Of a stretch of DNA of 64,000 bases, positions 62,301 to 64,000 are shown piece after piece. The position numbers and the translations under genes are program-made. The first letter of the stretch is position 1. Every line of letters starts with the position of its first letter. The DNA is from Callorhinchus milii (taxonomy: Eukaryota). The notes beneath the pieces were generated by a model. That model was not told where the DNA came from, ran no database searches, and saw only the letters and a list, made by a program, of their open reading frames with translations. Location: contig NW_024704742.1 in assembly GCF_018977255.1 (NCBI RefSeq), positions 92,630,001 to 92,694,000 of the forward strand, written 5' to 3'.

Positions 62301-62534
62301 TATTAACATTCTTTTGACTTGGAAAAAAACTCATCAGTTACTCACTAATTCTGTTCCCTTCTGCTCGCACACCATTTACTTAGCAAGTCGTGGAAATCAA
62401 TTGTCCTGGTTGTTCTTTCCAAGCCAGGTTGATAATGTGCTCTGTGATCTTACCACACACTGAAGATTTATAATTGTAAACTAGCTTAAGAATGTAGATT
62501 GGATTATTTTGACACAGATGCTTACCTGTTTCCT

Positions 62535-62640
62535 TTTCACCCACAAAATATACAGTCAATTCACTTTACGGTATATTCTGTGAAACGCTTTGAGACGTCT
62601 TGAGGATGTGATAAGGTGCTGTATCAAATGCAAGAATTAT
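62535..62640 (+). mobile_element. 5'-truncated young-type SINE 3' end
   Basis: cacccacaaaatatacagtcaattcactttacggtatattctgtgaaacgctttgagacgtc...tcaaatgcaagaattat. Confidence 0.8.
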
Positions 62641-64000
62641 TTTTATCTGCTAATGTATCAGCCTGACTCTTGCCTCTTGAGTCGGAAGGTTGTGGGTCCA
62701 AACCCCCTCCTGCATTTTGGGCTTGAACTGGTAGACTAGAATGACTCCTCACTTCGTGATTGCACAAAGGACACACAATTTAGGGCTTTGTGGTTGACAT
62801 CAATAGTCCCAGTGCTTTAAAATCAAATCGACATTAAACTCACAATTGCCTCTTGCTGAGGATATAAAATCAAGATATTCACATTTTCTGGGGGGCTGTT
62901 CATATACCTGAAATTATATTTGGATCCTGATGGTGTTAGTCACAAAGTCACAGAGATCGTGACCTTATCGAGCCATTCGGCCATTTTCTGGAAGGAAAAT
63001 AATCTGATAATCTTGAGGTGAGTTCCCTCAAAATTACCATTTATTGTGCTACTGTGATCACATTCATCTTTCATTCTTATTCTCTGAGAGTAAGAATAAG
63101 AGATGAATGTGGTCGCACTAGCACAACATCTCCTATTAAAATGAGTTGGAAAAACACAAGCTAAGGACCAGATGAAACTCATGAATAACTCAACCGAGTG
63201 GGAAGCTGTAACTCTGGATAGAAATCAACATTGTCACTCTGTGACCCATTGATACATGACCAAACTGTGGCGTCTTCATTCAACCTACTGTCCTGGAGAT
63301 TTCAATCCAGTATTGTAGTGAATCTGGGGTTTTGAGTATCAATTAATAACATGAATTTTCCAAAATATAGAGAAGCAATAAACAAGAAACTACTGTAACA
63401 CAAGCAGCAGTAAAAGTCAATGAAAGACCAAATCTGGTAGTACAGTAACTCAAAAGACTTCAGTACACAATGTTGAATATTAACAAGTTATTGCAGCTGA
63501 TATTGAGAAACATATCTGTAATTCACAATTGACAATCAGTCATAGAAAACGGCATTATTGGCAAATGATAATGTGATCTCACTTTGTACATTTTCATTCC
63601 AAAGTATATCTGTCAACCTGCTTATTTAGTAGAGCTCTCACTTCTGAGTCAGAAGGTTACGGGCTTCTACGGTGATACTGTGCTATAAACATACAATACC
63701 GTGCTATAAAAATGCAAGCTCTACCTTTATAAATATAAATGGGATTTTTTATAGTCTTTCTACCTTTCCTCTACCACCACCCCAATAAAACTGGCTATTC
63801 TCCAATATCTCACTGAGAAGGTAATTCATATGCATGAGCTCTGGACATTGAATGTTGGCAGAGCATTCAACCAAAGTTGACATCACAGCCAAACCCATTC
63901 TAACCACACCCACATCAGTGAATTGAACAGTAATTAATTTGGAATTTAAATCCTAAACTGAAGTTCATTTTCCCCTCCCTCACCCAAGGGTACAAAGTGT

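Noticed and set aside
3876..62640. CRISPR-like or regularly spaced repeat array
   Set aside because: The repeats are dispersed, irregularly spaced, on both strands and have retroposon tails; there are no cas-like genes and the context is eukaryotic.

Overview
This is eukaryotic (vertebrate) genomic DNA, AT-rich and repeat-dense. The repeat content (DeuSINE/SacSINE1-type SINEs, shark-type CR1 and L2 LINE fragments) points to a cartilaginous fish, possibly a holocephalan; this assignment is inference. Almost all ORFs in the track are spurious or are decayed LINE fragments. I find one convincing host exon, 54147-54516 (+). It has a uORF-rich 5' UTR and encodes a 35-aa signal-peptide N-terminus (MRRLNMSPVICCILLHFLLASALGSVIPRIALKYN, phase-1 donor) that resembles the first coding exon of a class-4 semaphorin, most like SEMA4D/CD100. 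The window therefore looks like the large 5' introns of that gene, with candidate alternative non-coding exons and promoters. Mobile elements: a young mosaic tRNA-derived SINE (tRNA head, CORE-like segment, Deu-domain, L2-derived stem-loop tail) in several evolutionary stages, an older SacSINE1-like DeuSINE, L2 and CR1 fragments, two hAT-type MITEs and a 707-bp non-autonomous Helitron. I see no prokaryotic-type system (CRISPR, operon, phage). All family names come from recalled sequence features and were not confirmed by database searches.
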